Assembly: GCA_002633005.1 (NCBI GenBank)
Contig: NMRA01000023.1
Coordinates: forward strand, 1,406,689 to 1,470,688
Source: Phoronis australis
Taxonomy: Eukaryota; Animalia; Phoronida
Direction: 5' to 3'
DNA length: 64,000 nt
In this document: one piece after another, positions 14,137 to 29,600 of the stretch
Position numbering within the stretch: the first letter of the stretch is position 1
Layout: each line of letters begins with the position of its first letter
Translations under genes and position numbers: made by a program
The notes under the pieces: model-generated
Database searches by the model: none
The model's input: only the letters and a program-made list of their open reading frames with translations
Told to the model about the DNA's origin: nothing

Positions 14137-14503
14137 TACTTATTGCATACATGTATGATTTTGACATTTTGACCTTTTCAATTTTTCATCTGTCTTAGTT
14201 TGGCAAATTACCTATTTACGCTTATATCCTGTCTTCGTTTATCCCTGGACACAGAGCTAGATACGCACCATATTAAGGGACGGGTGCCAAACATAATGAA
14301 CATTATCAAACCAAAACGACAACTGATTAAAGAAAAATAAATTAAAATGTATAACTCGCGTAATTGCCAAAGCGTTTTGCTTGACCATGACCATGAGTAC
14401 CTTTTGTTAACCTCACTGAATTAAATCTCAAAATTATGAGTGACCACCGGCAGGTTTTTGTGATAAAAACACGTCATTCATTGCAACGTGCATTTCTTTT
14501 CAG

Positions 14504-14641
14504 TGTGACATGGCTGTTGGTACTAAGTTGTTCTTCGACATGATGTTCAATTGGCCCCCGAAAATTGTCCTCTTTGGCGACTCGTGCTCAGAAGTCACTC
14601 AACCCATCGCAGAGTCAACAAAGTATTTTGACATTTTACAG
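14504..14641 (+). CDS. GABBR2: GABBR2-like exon (VFT: [14 protein letters not shown]...YFDILQ)
   Basis: tttcag acceptor, gtaaac donor, 138 nt, phase 0/0. Confidence 0.92.
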
Positions 14642-17600
14642 GTAAACGTTTTTTGGGTAAAATACCCCGTCATGACGGACAGAAGGTTCGCAGAATGTTT
14701 CGCGCGATGTGTGACTTGCGTAAGCTAATAATACATCACTGGATGACATCGTCAACTCGCCATTTTTGTACTCTGCGAGACTTCACGTGACACATTAATG
14801 TCACCTAATGTTTATACTTTATATATTTATGAACTCGTTTATCTCCATGTCGTATAAATAGTTATATTTTGGTTTCAGCCTACTAAAGGCTTTATAGAAT
14901 CTAAAAGTATGCCTTAAAACGTTTATCATGCGTTACGCAATTTTCTGACTAATTACCATCCTAATTTCCACAAAATCGTTCATGAAACCTGGACATCGTT
15001 CGAGTTATGTGATTGCCAGTGACCGTGTTTATCAACGTGCATTCCAGGTTTCATATGCGGACAATAACCCGCTGCTGTCAAGTCGATCTACATATCCCAA
15101 CTTTTTCCGAACAATTCCGAGCGAAGCAGATTTCAACCTTGCGAGGATGGCATTCCTGAAAGAGTTCAACTGGACTCGCGTGGGCACTTTGTATCAGGAC
15201 GCCTCAAGCGGTGATTCTAGATATGCCAACGTAAGTGTTACATCACATGTTGAGGTGGTTGATGACTGGTGAGCAGGTCAAGGTTGTACATGACAGATTT
15301 CCAAGTAAAGTGAGGTGACGAGCGGGACTGCGCCAGTAGTTGTAGTCAGATCATGGGTTGGCTTCAGTTGGGACAATTACCACTGACAGATCTAGGGGTA
15401 TGCAAACTGGGAGGCAACCAACGTTTTGAAGGGAAATTATGCGCGAAAGCCCAACCGTCAAGCCGGCGTCGTTTCCTTATGGTGGGAAACTCGCTCCCTG
15501 GACCATCTAAATCCCTCTGCGTATGGTTTTGTTACACTAGTGCTTATGTTTTTAACGAAACTGAGAATAACCATTAACAACCAGGGATGGAAAATCGGTC
15601 AAGCCCGGAAATAGAATTAGTAACGACTTGGGGACTCGTTCAGAATGGTTGAACACTGGAGAAGAAGGACAACTTACGGAGTTAATGCATCAGGTAGATT
15701 CGCATTGACTCAACCTCCCCGTGGTGACGTTTCGTACCTGCACATGAGCGAACTTCAATTGTAACGAAAACCCTAGACTGCATACAGAGCACCTCGGGTA
15801 TTTTCCGAACCTCAAATTTGCTCTCAGAGTTGAACGTTACCTCTGCAAGTGCGAGCATACAGCCAATCATTACCCAGTTTGAAAGTCACGTGACTTGGCT
15901 GGTGGCAGCACATGGCGCAGCTAACGCTCACCTCCGAGGGAAATTTGAGACTCCAAGTTACAGATGGCGAGACTCGTGAGGAATCGATGACTAGTGACCT
16001 GTGGTCTTGGGGAAGGTGACACGGCAGTGAAACGTTGACGATCAAGGGCATAACTCTGCATCGAAACAATTAAGCGATTTTCAAAAGACTTAAATCCAGT
16101 TTTCAAAAGTTAGCTTCGTCACCTGGAACGCAGTAAATCAAATTATTCAAATATACTTTATTGAGTTTCAATACGATATCTTAAAATTCTTCAACGAAAC
16201 AACAAATAACCAATTGCTGTTCTGATATCTAACTGCATTCACGCATGTACATGTATTCTGCTGCAGAGTTCGTCAAAATTTGTCCACGATCAGTGGTATT
16301 TGCTGTCAAATGTTAATAGCCATGTGGAATACATTAAACGTCAGAAATTAAGAAGAGATTTTACATTAAAGGGACACTCAAAGCTGCTGACAGTTTTAGA
16401 AAGAAACGACGTAGACACCACAACCCAGAGCTTTGCCAACGACCCGCACTCGGCAGTTTCTGTTTTAAAGGTTTGTCGTGTTGTGGCTCTTTGTAAACCT
16501 TGTATGATAATCAAGTCTTAATTCATATGCACAGTCCATTTTGCTTTTTGGTTATTTACTTTGTACAGAGTGTCAAAACGCACGAACGTTATTTATTTGG
16601 ACGGTTTTACTACTCTTTTAATATGGGTATAAAATGTGGAACTGCCAGGTAGAAAGATCTTAATACATGGTGTATTGTTTGCTCGTTTGAAAATCTTTTT
16701 CTAGCGCATTTGATATGTCTCAGTAATGGGAATGCTAAATTTCTCTTGACGTTTTGGATGTTGATCGCAAGTTTGTACTAAGATACCTGACTGAAATCTG
16801 TTTGTTTAGAATGAAGACATTCGCATAATTCTCGGCAACTTCGATCACGTGATGGCTAGGAAAGTGTTCTGTGCGGTAAGTTTACGATGCGCTCATTTCC
16901 TGACAAATATCCTAGCTAGTCATTTAAGGCGGATATTGACCGGTGGTCTAACAATGTCAGCACGTCAATCGCGAAAGAGTTCCCTTACTTCACTGTCTAA
17001 CCCAACTCGGGTTAAATGAGCCTTCAAAGGTCCATGTGCGATCTGTATCCGGTCTGGACATTAACCATTGATCGGACGTAATCGTTTTAATATAGAATAA
17101 AACATAGTTTTGTTGTTGTAGGAAGACCTTTTAGAAGTGTCACAACGAGTATCACTAATTATCTTCACAGTTCAATCAAACTATTGATTGAAATACTGTA
17201 AGGTGTAATATTTGAGATTCGTTTGATGTTCCAGATCGGCATCCGAGTCTTAATTTGGTTCCAGTTTTTGAGCTTCAAGGGAAATTTTCATTGAAAATGT
17301 TGCGACAGTAACTTGCTCTAGAGGTCCTTCAGTTGTTCAACAACGGAGGGAGTACTGAATAGTGGGTCAATGTTTCAAAATCTTTTCTGTAGTAGTGCCT
17401 AAACTACGTGATTTCAAATTTTTCGGTTTATTTTATTGTCCTTTGAAAATATTCTCCTGTAGAACAAATCTAAAGCATTATTGGTTGGAAGACTTCAACT
17501 TACGCATGGGGTTTACATTACATCCATTATTGTGGGTTAAAAAGAACCATATGGTCATAAATGATGGCTAGTATGGACGAGACGTCAACTGTTGTCTCGA

Positions 17601-20600
17601 GGCATTGCATCATATAAACATAAGACTTCCTCAACCCAAAGTGTTAATTAAAACTTCCATTGATCAGAGGTAACCTTGGGCTATGTCTGTACCGATCTTC
17701 GCGCATTACTGAGTTAAGGACATATGCACATAAACAGTTTGCATGGATTTTGATCCTCTCTTTTATGAAAGTCGAATTTTGATCAGTTCCTTATAGAAAA
17801 TCGTTCTGCTTAAGGCGTACCATCATCGACTGTACGGTGAGAAGTATGTGTGGATTCTCCTCGGCGGATATCCTGACACCTGGTGGCAGACATTGGACCC
17901 GTCTGCTAACTGCACACTAGAACAGCTTGCAGAATCCATCAACGGCTACTTTGCTACAGATGTCCTTCCCATCAGCACGGAAGATACAATGACGGTGGCA
18001 AACATTGTATGTAAACAGTAATTACAAGTAAAACATTTTACAGTAATGTAAATCGCTAATCACAATCGAGTTTAAATCATCTTGGAACACAGTCATTTGC
18101 ACGAGTCCTCGGTTTCGAGTTTAGCATACACTGAGCTTGCACAGGCACGCTGTGGAGAACTGGGTGAAATGAAACAAGACTATTTTCACATTGAGCTTTA
18201 TGAGGACCGGACACTAAAGTGATATTTTTCTGAAAATTCCTTGAAGATGCCGAAAACACCGCTTACTAATAAATTAATGCAACCAGCCCATGTATATTGC
18301 GGAGTAAGTTGGACACAAATTTACAAATTATTCATCCTCGGGATCTCGGCTTATCTGGTCATCCAATGACGGGCCATAGCAACAATTAGAGTCAATTTGA
18401 AGTTTTAATTGCCATAATTTGAAAACCTTTTTATGTACTGAGGGCTGATCGGATGAATTCTGGCCCTAAGGTGGATTTTGTGAAAACGTAGCTGACGTTG
18501 CAAATTATAGGATTAATACTAAAATCATCGGCATTTTTAAATGCCCTCCAAAATTTAGCACAGAAGCAAAAAGAGTTGGATTATTTCGAGAACGCAACCT
18601 TTTGTCAATCTAGTCGATATCTTTCTAAAGATATTCTACCGTCCACTTACACCGGAAACACGAAAGGATTGGTCTGTTTACTCTACCTAATTATGTATTT
18701 ATGATGAGGACGAATTTATAGACTCGTGTTCTGAGGTGCACAGAAGGTGACCCGATCGGGAACTGTAGACATTTCAATTCCGCAGCACAACATAACTCAG
18801 TAGGGAGGTAAATCCATTCGGGTGGGGCATATGCCTTCCGCCGCCTGACCCCGCTCATTCGTGCAGCTCGCATTTTTGTAACGATTAACAGCAACTTAAC
18901 GGTGTTTCATTCCGAATTCTATTGACGCGGAGTGCGTAATCACTAGACACACCGCATGGCCCGCTTCGTAACCACGAAGGTCCTCGATGAAATGGGGCCG
19001 GTAACTGTGACGACCGAGGGGGACAAAACGTTTGGGATGGTAGCTCGTTAAAGCATTGTGGCTAACCCTGGAGTGACTTTGAAAAATGTTTATACCAGGG
19101 GCATCTCCAATTGCTAGGATCGCAGGTTTTTAAAAAGCTTAGGTATCCACTTGAATTAGAGAATCCCCAGCCGACCTAATCGGAACTACACGTCATCGTG
19201 TCAGCTTGCACTTCCGGTATTGAACGCGTCCCTGTGAAACATTTTGGAAATTTTCTCCTGAATGTCGCTCTCAATTTGTCGTAATCTTGTTAGAACATTG
19301 TCGTAACCAGATGAAAAATAGCGACTCAGAAGTAGAGTGATCACTGATTGTAACATCTTAGTAGCCGTGGCTGACAATCTTTTCCTTTTGGCACTTTCCT
19401 CACTATGGCCATCTGTGAAAAATCGCAGCTTGAAAACTTGCACACCGGTCAGACGTCTAGTAGTTAACCCGCCACCAGTTGTCAATGAATCAAAACATGG
19501 TGATTTGCCGTTAGTACACAAAACAATTTTTTGTACAGATTAACTATCAAGGGCAGACAACTTAAGCCTATAGTTATTGAAGTGCAACTTAAACACGTAG
19601 GTTTACATAAATTAATCGAATGAAAATGAAGTTTCAGTTCGAATTCTTTGCAGACAGCCGGCAACTATCTTTCGCTGTACAACCAGCTACGAGGGCAAAA
19701 CTTCAGCAAGTACCACGGTTACGCGTACGATGGAGTGTGGGCGATTGCCATGGCAATAAATGGAACCCTTGGAAACTCGTCCAGTCGTCATCTCCTGAAC
19801 GAAACCCACGTCCTGCCCCAAAGGCAGTTTTTCTCAGCGCTGAACAAAACAGGCTTCCAAGGAGTTACGGTTTGTCCTTAATCGTTATGCGCGTTTTTAT
19901 GCCCGTGCCTTTACCTGAACCTGGGCCTATATTAAGGATTAGATGCACGCGCCTATATGCGAAGCATTATTGTAAAGTATTACACGAGTGGAGCTTGACT
20001 TTTTTAGTACTATGAAAAGTGTGTTATCTTTTCACTCTACCAGTACTTGTACTTGTACCTCCAAAGCGACATTGATATTTGATTTACTTTAAAGCAGACG
20101 AGCACAATGAGTGATATAACGGTGCGGCAGGTGAGTTCTATTTTTCACACTTTACAGTAGTAGTAAGAAGTTTTCTTACCACAAAAATGGTAATAGAAAT
20201 ATTTATGGTTTGCGTTGCTGGGAACGAGATTGTATTGCCGTGCTGCACGCATGCACAGCGCGTATGATTGAGCCAGACTCATGGGCATGACAATTCGGCA
20301 ACTTGAGTGGAGCTCAGTTCTGAAGGAGAGTCAGAAACAGACGTATTAACTGAAGAATTTCTTCACCATTTTAAAAAGTCGAATATATGATTAATTACAG
20401 CCGACGCTTTACTTCAAATCTCGATTACCAAGGTGCTTTATTAACAAAATATTACTCAGTTAATAAAGTTAAGTATAATTTTTTTGATTGACGTTTGCCA
20501 GCCATCTTATGCCTAGAAAACTTTTTTCTACGTTTACCGCCCTGTCGCAATGTCGTAAAAAACGGTCAAGTGATGTCATGAGTAAAAGAAAACTTATATG

Positions 20601-23600
20601 CAATATCTTTTCATAGAATCTAAAGCTCTCTAATGTTGAATTCTTAGCCGAAGCGATTTGGAGTTTAAAGTCATTACCACTCTGCTTCAATCGTGAATCG
20701 TTGCCGAATGAACAAGTCACGGGTAATGCGGGCGTTGTCTATTTTCCAATCTCCGATCGACGGTTGGCCTACTACAATAAACTCAGTGCGTTTTCTTGGG
20801 TGGCTGATGTTTTCGATAGTCTTGTTTGTAATGGAAATGGAATCTTATCACGGTAAGGAATATTATATGCCCGAACTTATGAGAGAGAAAGGCCTAATTC
20901 GATTTTCTTATTTTTAGCTTGCTAAACAGGGAAATATGCAGCTTAAATGAAAATATCGAAATTTGCCAAAAATCACGAACAACACCCACTTTAAGACATG
21001 TAGGCTAAGTCGTGAAGTCGAGTTAAGACAAGTAAGCTAAGTCGTGAAAACAAGTTAAGGCCCCTGTATCTATAAGTGAAACACTTAAGTGATTTTTCTT
21101 TGAAAAACCCCCATTAGTTCGGATAAAGGAGCAAGGGCCTAAAATAAATGATTACGGAGAATGTGTTGTAAACTTTCAATAAATAAGTCACATCTGAAAT
21201 GAAATCGATGCTGATGTTACACATGAAAAGGTTTATGTGAAAGTTGCTTTAGATGTCAAATTTAGTGTCATAAACGGGACTGAGAACAAGGTTTAATAAG
21301 ACTGCTCTTGTGTATCCTTTATCCTGTATCCTTAATAAAATCACATAAAAACACTGTATAGTCATTTACAAATATGAGGTAATTTAAACAATGATGCAAT
21401 AAATATAACATGGTAATTTTATATTCGTTAACCACACTATTACATTGCCACTCTCATGTTCAATCTATTACACTGCTACTCGTCACATTCAATCTATTAC
21501 ATTGTCACTCGTCATATGCAATGTATTACACTGTCACTTGTCACATTCAAACTGTTACACTGCCACACATCATATTTAATCTATTACACTGTCACTCGTC
21601 ATATTCATATAGGTTATACAACGTACGTGTTTGTAGCAGTGTGTTATTATATCTCGATTCGTGATATGCAAAAGTATTTGAACTCGGGCGACTCGTTCAA
21701 ATACTTTTGCATATCACGAATCTCGATATAATAACCACTGGTACAACCACGTACGTTGTATAACCTATTTATCCTATGCGCCCCACTGAGGATTCTTTAA
21801 AGAAGCGGGTTTACACAGATTGCTCCGCTTGTTTTGGTGTCGTTTTTCATCTTTTATCAATGATGATCGCAGATCGCGTGACACGTATACGTGCACGCAA
21901 AATTTTTATGAATGGGTTTTTGCAGCCTGCATGGCACGTTGTATTTTACAGCAGCTACAGGCTTTGGGTGCATATTTGCTATTTTCGGTATTTTCGTCTG
22001 AGTTTGAGCTAAATATATTTCTAAGTTAAAGTTTTCTTACATTTCTGACGATTTTTCTTGACTTCCTTAAGTAATGTCTGTGCAGGACACCCAGGCGTTG
22101 TGGCTGATGCACGTTCAGATGCTTCTTAAAAATGCTCCTTGCGCGCGGTTCTTATCATTTTTAGGTAGAAAGTATTCCGAAATTTATCCTAAAATTGTCA
22201 AAAAGACAATGTTTACAGAAGTCGCAGTTTTGCTTTTGGGCTCGACGTATTTTGATTGTTTTGAGAACGAATTTAAAAATTGACTCATATTTGACCGTTA
22301 AGAACTTCAACTGGTGTAGTGCAATAGGTGACCAAAAGGAGGCATGCATTTGTAATGTATATTGCTTTCCTAATCCCAAATATATTGTGACAAGTTCGAG
22401 ATTTTTTGTGATTTAAGTTTTCTACTCAGGTTCAAAATTTCACGGTATATTAAAAAACATTGTCATCGATATTTTTATTTCATTTTTGTTTACTTTTCAG
22501 AACTCATGTTCTAGTATTGGCATGTGAAAATATTGCGCAAGGAGATGAACCCAAAGTGATGTTATATATATAATCATGTTTCTACCAATTATAGTGTATT
22601 ATGCGCTCAGGAGGGAATTTTGACGAGAAAGAAGGCATCCGTATTCAACGTGCGTTGAATACGAAAAAGTAGCTCTTCCATATCAAACCTCACAATACGG
22701 CTCGTACTTCATGGTCATACTATCACGCCTATAGGATAAATGCACAAAACGTACCGAGAGTGGCGTAATATCTCCCGAGACGCGTATTGACCGAGACCGA
22801 TGGTCGACCGAGACCGAAGGTCGTACAGGATAAAATATATTACACTGTCACTCATCACATTCAATCTATTACACCGCTACTCGTCATATTCAATCTATTA
22901 CACCGCTACTCGTCATATTCAATCTATTACACTGCTACTCGTCACATTCAATCTGTTACACTGTCACTCGTCATATTCAATCTATTATACTGTCACTTGT
23001 CATATTCCATCTATTTCACTGCTACTCGTCATCTCCAATCTACATGTATTGCACTGTCACTCGTCATATTCAATCCGTCACTCGTTTAGTCGATGTTGAT
23101 AAAACATTGCATGATTTTAATGTACTTTTTCGAAATTTTAGTTTTCGCTCGTTTATGAGGTATTGAGATGTTGCATCTACTACGGCAGTCTCATTCTCGT
23201 GCATTCGTTTCAGGGTTACGTCCACCTTTCTTTAGGAGATCGCGTTGGGTTGATTGAAATGCAACAGTTTCAGAGTGAGTTCATTGATCTTTGCTTATGC
23301 AGTGAACCCATTAGCAATTGTTCATGGCCAGTACATAATAGTGTTTTGGGCTTATTTTTAAGAAATCTTATTTTTCGTACTCATGATAGTAATATTCAAT
23401 GTTGATCTTGCAAAAAGTAATTTTGTCCAGCTAGAAAACCGTTGTACAATAAGCTATCCTGAGGAGTTCTACAGTTGGGTGCTGTTGTTGACAAAACGTG
23501 TCACTTGCATAATTGTAACGACAGAGGTGCACGGAGATACGTTAACACCGGGCTTACAATTACGCGTTTCCGGATAGAATAGGAAACTAACACGACAAAT

Positions 23601-26600
23601 TTAGGCCTGACGCAGGTAGAGCATCCGCCGAACAATGCTGCATCAGTTTCCCGATGTCATACTTCCGTTAGACATGAGCAAGCGTTTTAAAAACTCTTTG
23701 ACGACGTAAATCCGAATTTTTTTGTAAACTAAGGCCCAACATACGTGCTCAACATTGTCTTATAACTTCATCGACCATGGTTAATTTTCAAGCTGTGATT
23801 TTACTAATTTCACAGGAGGCGCAGTTGTCAAGATCGGCGAGTATGACGTAGGACGCAGTCATCTAAATTTGTCAAGAGGGCTACCAGTCGCCTGGATGGG
23901 TAATAACCTTTCATTATTACATGTGCATTGACTCGGGCGTGTTTTAAAAGGCACTTAATGAAGTGATTGGCTTGGAAATTGACGAGTACTTTGGCGGTTT
24001 AGCTGTTGTGTTGGACTGAGGACAGTAACCTTGGTTTTTCGAAAGTGTGGTTTTACTGCTGTAAAAACCATTAACTTTTCAGTCATTATTCTAACGAATG
24101 TCAAACAGCTGCTTCTAGAAAAAATTACACTCCGGAAATTTTCAAGCGCTTCCTAATCGGCCTATCCTGCATTGAACTCTCTTCCTTCACGGAGATAGAA
24201 AAATGCATGGCATGAGTGACCTACATTTCAAAATGTCAGACACTCCTAAGATGATCCAACACTGTTATTTGTTCTTTTTGTCAATTTCTTGGTGTCAGCA
24301 TTGGTGCTCAAATAACAATCACACAAGTTAGCCTGCATTACAGTTATGAATTACTGAATAACAAGGGACTTTTCATGTTCTAGAGAAATGAGAGCACGAA
24401 AATGACTTCCGCTTTGTCTCGACTCGGATTTGGTGGACAGAAATTCAATTATTACATAGTGGTTCATTAATTTAAACGTAGAGGAATAAATTCCACTATC
24501 TTGTCAGTCCTCGTTGTTTGGTTGGTTTGACTTCACTAACTTATTTTAGCTTTTGACAACCTCTGGGATCGAAATTCTCTCGCTTTATCAACCGCAGTAA
24601 CTAGCTTTGTTTTGGATTCTTATTCGCAGTGGGAAATGTATGGAACACGATGTCCTTATTCATCCATTGATATTTCAAAAAGTTTGCCTTTTCCGTAAGA
24701 AATTAGTACATCCCTCCCCACAGCAGTGGAAAATTACCAGCACTATGCTAGCAGGAAAGGTTTTGACGGTGTTTATACTAGTTAAGTTGAAACCTCTCGG
24801 TGGGGCTGAACGCCTATCCACCAAGCCCTGATCGCCGTCGGGTGGGATAGTGAATTTCAATATGGGCGCGGCTACTTCGAAATTCAGCTATTAGGATATC
24901 AGATACGGACTAGTATAATTATATGCGGTGAACCAGCGCTTTACATTTGCGGTGCATTGTGGGAATGAAAACGGAGCTGTGCTATTTCAAGACAGGCCTA
25001 TTGGTTGCCTGTGCTTAAAACAGCATTTGTGTATTTAGTTGTCCAAAAAACATTAGGCCACTTATACTACAAAATCGGTCTTGAATTTTTTCTCTCCTCT
25101 CCAACTGAATGTGGAAATCGATGCTATTGCGGGAAGAACATTTCAAGCCGAACTTGATAGCCTTAAAATATTTTTTATTTGTGACTTAGGCAGTAAGTGG
25201 AACTGAGGAAAGACAGCTTTAAATTAGGGTGCTCGGTTCAGCTACTGCACTAGTCAAATTCAAACTCGCAACTAATACCAATGATATAGCAAAGCTTCAC
25301 TGATTAGATATGATACAAACGTTTTAGCTTTCTTTGATTTGCAGGCGATGACGGAAGGCCGCCACTTGACAGCCGATTGAAGGTTTTGCAGAGCCTAGAA
25401 CTGGGTATCTATTGCGCCATAGTCATTCTGTCCGGATGTGGAGTCGTGATGGCCTGTATATTTCTTGCCATTAACATCCATTTTAGGAACCATGTGTAAG
25501 TTGCATGAGACTTATTGAGATACAATTCATTACTATAATTTGTTGACGTTGCTGTACACTTTACGATTTTCTCCAGTAAAATTCCATAAATCTGTTCTTT
25601 TGCAGGCATATCAAAATGTCCAGCCCAAATATGAACAACTTGATCATCGTGGGCTGCCTCATCACTTATAGCGCTGTGATGTTGCTTGGCGCTGACAGTG
25701 AGCTAATTGGCCAACAGGTCTTCCCAAAAATGTGCGCGGTAAGCTCTGGGTTGAAGTCCAGTACACGCTACTTATGTTGCTACAGTACGCGAGATACGAG
25801 CTTCGATTGGCTTGGCATGAAAACTAATGCGTGCGCATCGAAGAGTAGGACCTCGCCCGCCACCTGTTGGAAATGTGGGTATAGTGAACTGCTCTCCGCA
25901 GACCGAAGACTGTTATTAACCGCGTACCTGCGGAGAGAAATCTTTGTTCATGGAATGGAAACAGTGAATTTTAACATATAATTCATAAATTTTTACCCTA
26001 GAATTCAGGATTTCAACCTAAACGATATACTTCAGTGGCCACCATTTTGCTAGGTTGAGCATACTCGTGAAACAATCGCGTAATTTTGCGTGGAATTGCT
26101 TGATCTTGTTTTTCTCGCTAGAAACTAGGTCTAGGGATCGTACTCCTGCTACACGTGAACGATTTCCTACATTGCGTTAGAAATGAGACGTCATTGTTTA
26201 ACTGTGAAAGATCAATAGACTGCAATAAACCGAAGAAGTCTTTATCATAACTGTACATGACTTATCTTCTGACGCCTCCAAATCGCAGGAGCTTGACGCA
26301 TTTATCAAGTCATTCCTCAAGTGTAGAATACAACAATTATAGTTGAGTGCAAACGAAATCTCCCAGGGAACGCCTCAGACCAGTGATTTTGGGTGAGGAC
26401 ACATGCACTGTCCGTTTCGCATTTACGTCAAATAAAAACTATACAGAAATCCTACGAATTTATACAACATCAACATTAAACTTGCCGACATTCAGTTTCC
26501 GATTATTGCTCAAAAATAATGTTTTATAGTTCCATTTCTCACAAACATTGTTCAAGTCACACTTCAGAAACATCCTGGAACCTGTTTTACTAAAACATTG

Positions 26601-29600
26601 ATGACATTTGTTGTGGTAAGTCTTATTTACACTTTTGGCAATTAAAAAGTCACTACGTTTTCGATTTTTAAAGGTTTAAATGACGCTTCAAGTTCAGATC
26701 ACATACCTCCCAAACGCTGGCTTAATAAGCTATGGCGAAAGTTAAAAAGGTCTTACAGTTACGAATTTTTAGTGAAAATCTTTGGTCGATGTGATTTCAC
26801 AAAATAATAAACGCTGCTTTGTATTGCAGTCGCGAGCTTGGCTCTTGGGAGTGGGATTCTCCATTTCATTTGGTGCTATGTTTTGCAAGACATGGCGAGT
26901 ATATTCGATATTCTCGAACGTCAACGTGAATAAGAAGGTGAGAATCTATATGTGGATGATTCAGCTAAGCAATTAACCAGAAAGATGTTTAAGACATAAG
27001 TTTTCTGTATTAACTGATTAAGATTCATCCAATTCCATGTATATGACTAATTATGAATATTTCAGTCGTACGTACCTAGTTAAAGCTGTGCGGTCTCAGA
27101 TCTTCCCGCCTTACCTGTTAAACTTTACTGACAGAGGTCGCGCCACTACAGTATGATTATTCAAATTTTCGTAGAACCAGTGGCCCACATTTCGATGACA
27201 GTACTACTCGACTGTGCGACTATCTCTCAGTTTTTAGGTAATGACAACAATGTAAAATATACAACTATACATATCATCATGAAATGCATTTTCAGTATTA
27301 ATGTTTACAAAGCACTTTGTTCATAACGATAACGTTATATCATGTCATGTAGTTAAGTCTTGTTCCCTGGTGATGTTTCATGAACAAATTGAAACGTTTG
27401 CATGTAAGGAATTTCGTCGTCGAAAGTGTTGTCATTTCGCCTATGTGAACGGAGAAATAGCTGCCCAAATTTTGTCGAGATTTAGCGCACATTGAGGCGG
27501 ATTCTAATCAATGGGAAATGGATATTTAGCTGTGATTTTTTTCTCGAAACTGTTGAATTTTGACGTCGTCCAGTCTATCATGAAAATTACTGGGGTAGTT
27601 GTAAAATCTTCACTGGTATGTGAACACAACTAAATAGAGGCAGCCAGACCTGCTATGTTATAGAAGCGTAGCCCAGGCTTATTGCTTGCAATATTCGTCA
27701 ATTCCCCTTTCTTAACGTATGGATTAATACGCTTGCATTCTTATGTGCGCAGTTTTCGGATGTTTTGTGGTGTCGCGTATCTGCCACTGTTATGAGCCGA
27801 TTTGGACCCAAATCACATTTTTAAAAAATTGGCAAGCCTTGGATATTTTCTGATTTAGGTAACCACGGTGGCAAATTAGAACTTGAAATATCTGCAAAAT
27901 TATGCATTTGTATTAATCGGTGCGCTCAGACAACGCTTGCACCCATTGTATCTTCAAAGGATTAAGATTTGCTGGGTGCATAACCAGATAATAATTTTTG
28001 AAATGATTAATAATTTACAACGGTACATTAATTTGGCCTAGTTAGTATAATCGTTTTTACGTTAGCATTTTAAAATATTTGACAAATATCGAAGAAGATA
28101 AATCTGAAACTAAATGAAATGATCCAAATCCTCTGAAGGATACTATTGTTTGATAAATGTAGAATATATATACATGTAAATAAAACAACAACAATGGATC
28201 AACTGAATTTTTCGGATTTAATCACATCTTTTGGCAACAGAAACAGAAATAAAGTAAAATCAAACACGAAATGACAATTGACGCTTAATATCTGGCCTAA
28301 TGAACATGTTTGTTGCGGAAAAAAGTAAAGCATATATTTTAAGAAGTCTTTATGTTTAATCTATTGGGTTCACGTGTTTTAAGCTTATCTATCCAAAATT
28401 GTGCTCTTGTGAGTCTGTGAGGGGTACTGGGGTATCGGAGTTTTCCTATTATTTGTACAGAAAGATCTTGTAGATTATGGTTTTTGGAACTGAAATGATT
28501 ACCTATAGTATCAGAAATGTTTTTTATGTATTATGTTAAATCTATGATTGCGAAACCGAGTTTGTAGAGTATGTTGAGTTTGTCCTACGTATTGAAAGGA
28601 ACAATTTCTACTTGTTAAATAGGTAAATGATATTGTTGGTGGTGCAGTCGGAATAATATTTTATTTCGAAGTTTTTATTGGTTTGAGAGGATTGGAAGAA
28701 AGTATTGTCGTTGATAAAGTTACACATTTTGCATCTAGATTTGTTCCGTTGTGTGTTGCCAATAGGTTTGTCAGTTTGGTTGTTTTGTTCATATTTGCTC
28801 TAACTAAATATTTTTTTAGACTTTCACATTTTCTCCAAGAAATTATAGGTGGATGAGGAAAAAGATTTTTCATTTGAGGGCAAATATGCAGAGTGGAAAG
28901 ATGTTTTCTGAAGACGTGGCTAATTCCGTTTAAGATAGATTGAACATAGTTATTCTATTATTAGTATTGAGGTCTTTCGTTTTAGTTCTTGAAGATTCAT
29001 TTCTTGTGACTGAGCGGACTTTGTCAAACTATTTGTGTATAAGATGTAAGGGGAAAAGACGTTGAAGTAAGTAATGCTTGAGTTCATTTAAACAGTTATT
29101 GATGACGGTTTCTTCTGAAGAAATGCGTCGAATTCTAAGTGCAAGACTATGTGGAAGGCTTTTCTTACAGTGAAAGTGATGACATGAGAGATATGACAGA
29201 TATTGATATTTGTCAGTTTCTTTACAAAATAAGTCCGTTTCTAGTTTATCATTACTAAGGATGACAATGGCATCTAAAATGAGATTTTATTTTGAGAAAT
29301 GTCATGAGTGAACTTTATAGTGTGGTGAAATTTGTTAACATTTTCTAAGAATACATGTACTTTTTGTGGGCCATGGGTACACATCATAAAAATGTCGTCA
29401 ATGCATCTCAGCCAGAGAAGAGGTTTTTCAGAGCAAGATTGGATGAAATTGCTTTTTCAAGATGTGATCTGGACCCCACAGTTTGACAAAGGCCGCTCAA
29501 TCACAAGAAATGAATCTTTAAGAACTAAAACGAAAGACCTCAATACAAATAATAGAGTACCTTTCATAACCATGTTCAATCATGCTTAAACGGAATTAAC

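Noticed and set aside
21410-23099. ORFs with repeating LLHCHSSY / YYTVTRHIQ peptides
   Set aside because: Translations of the 29-bp minisatellite within an intron.
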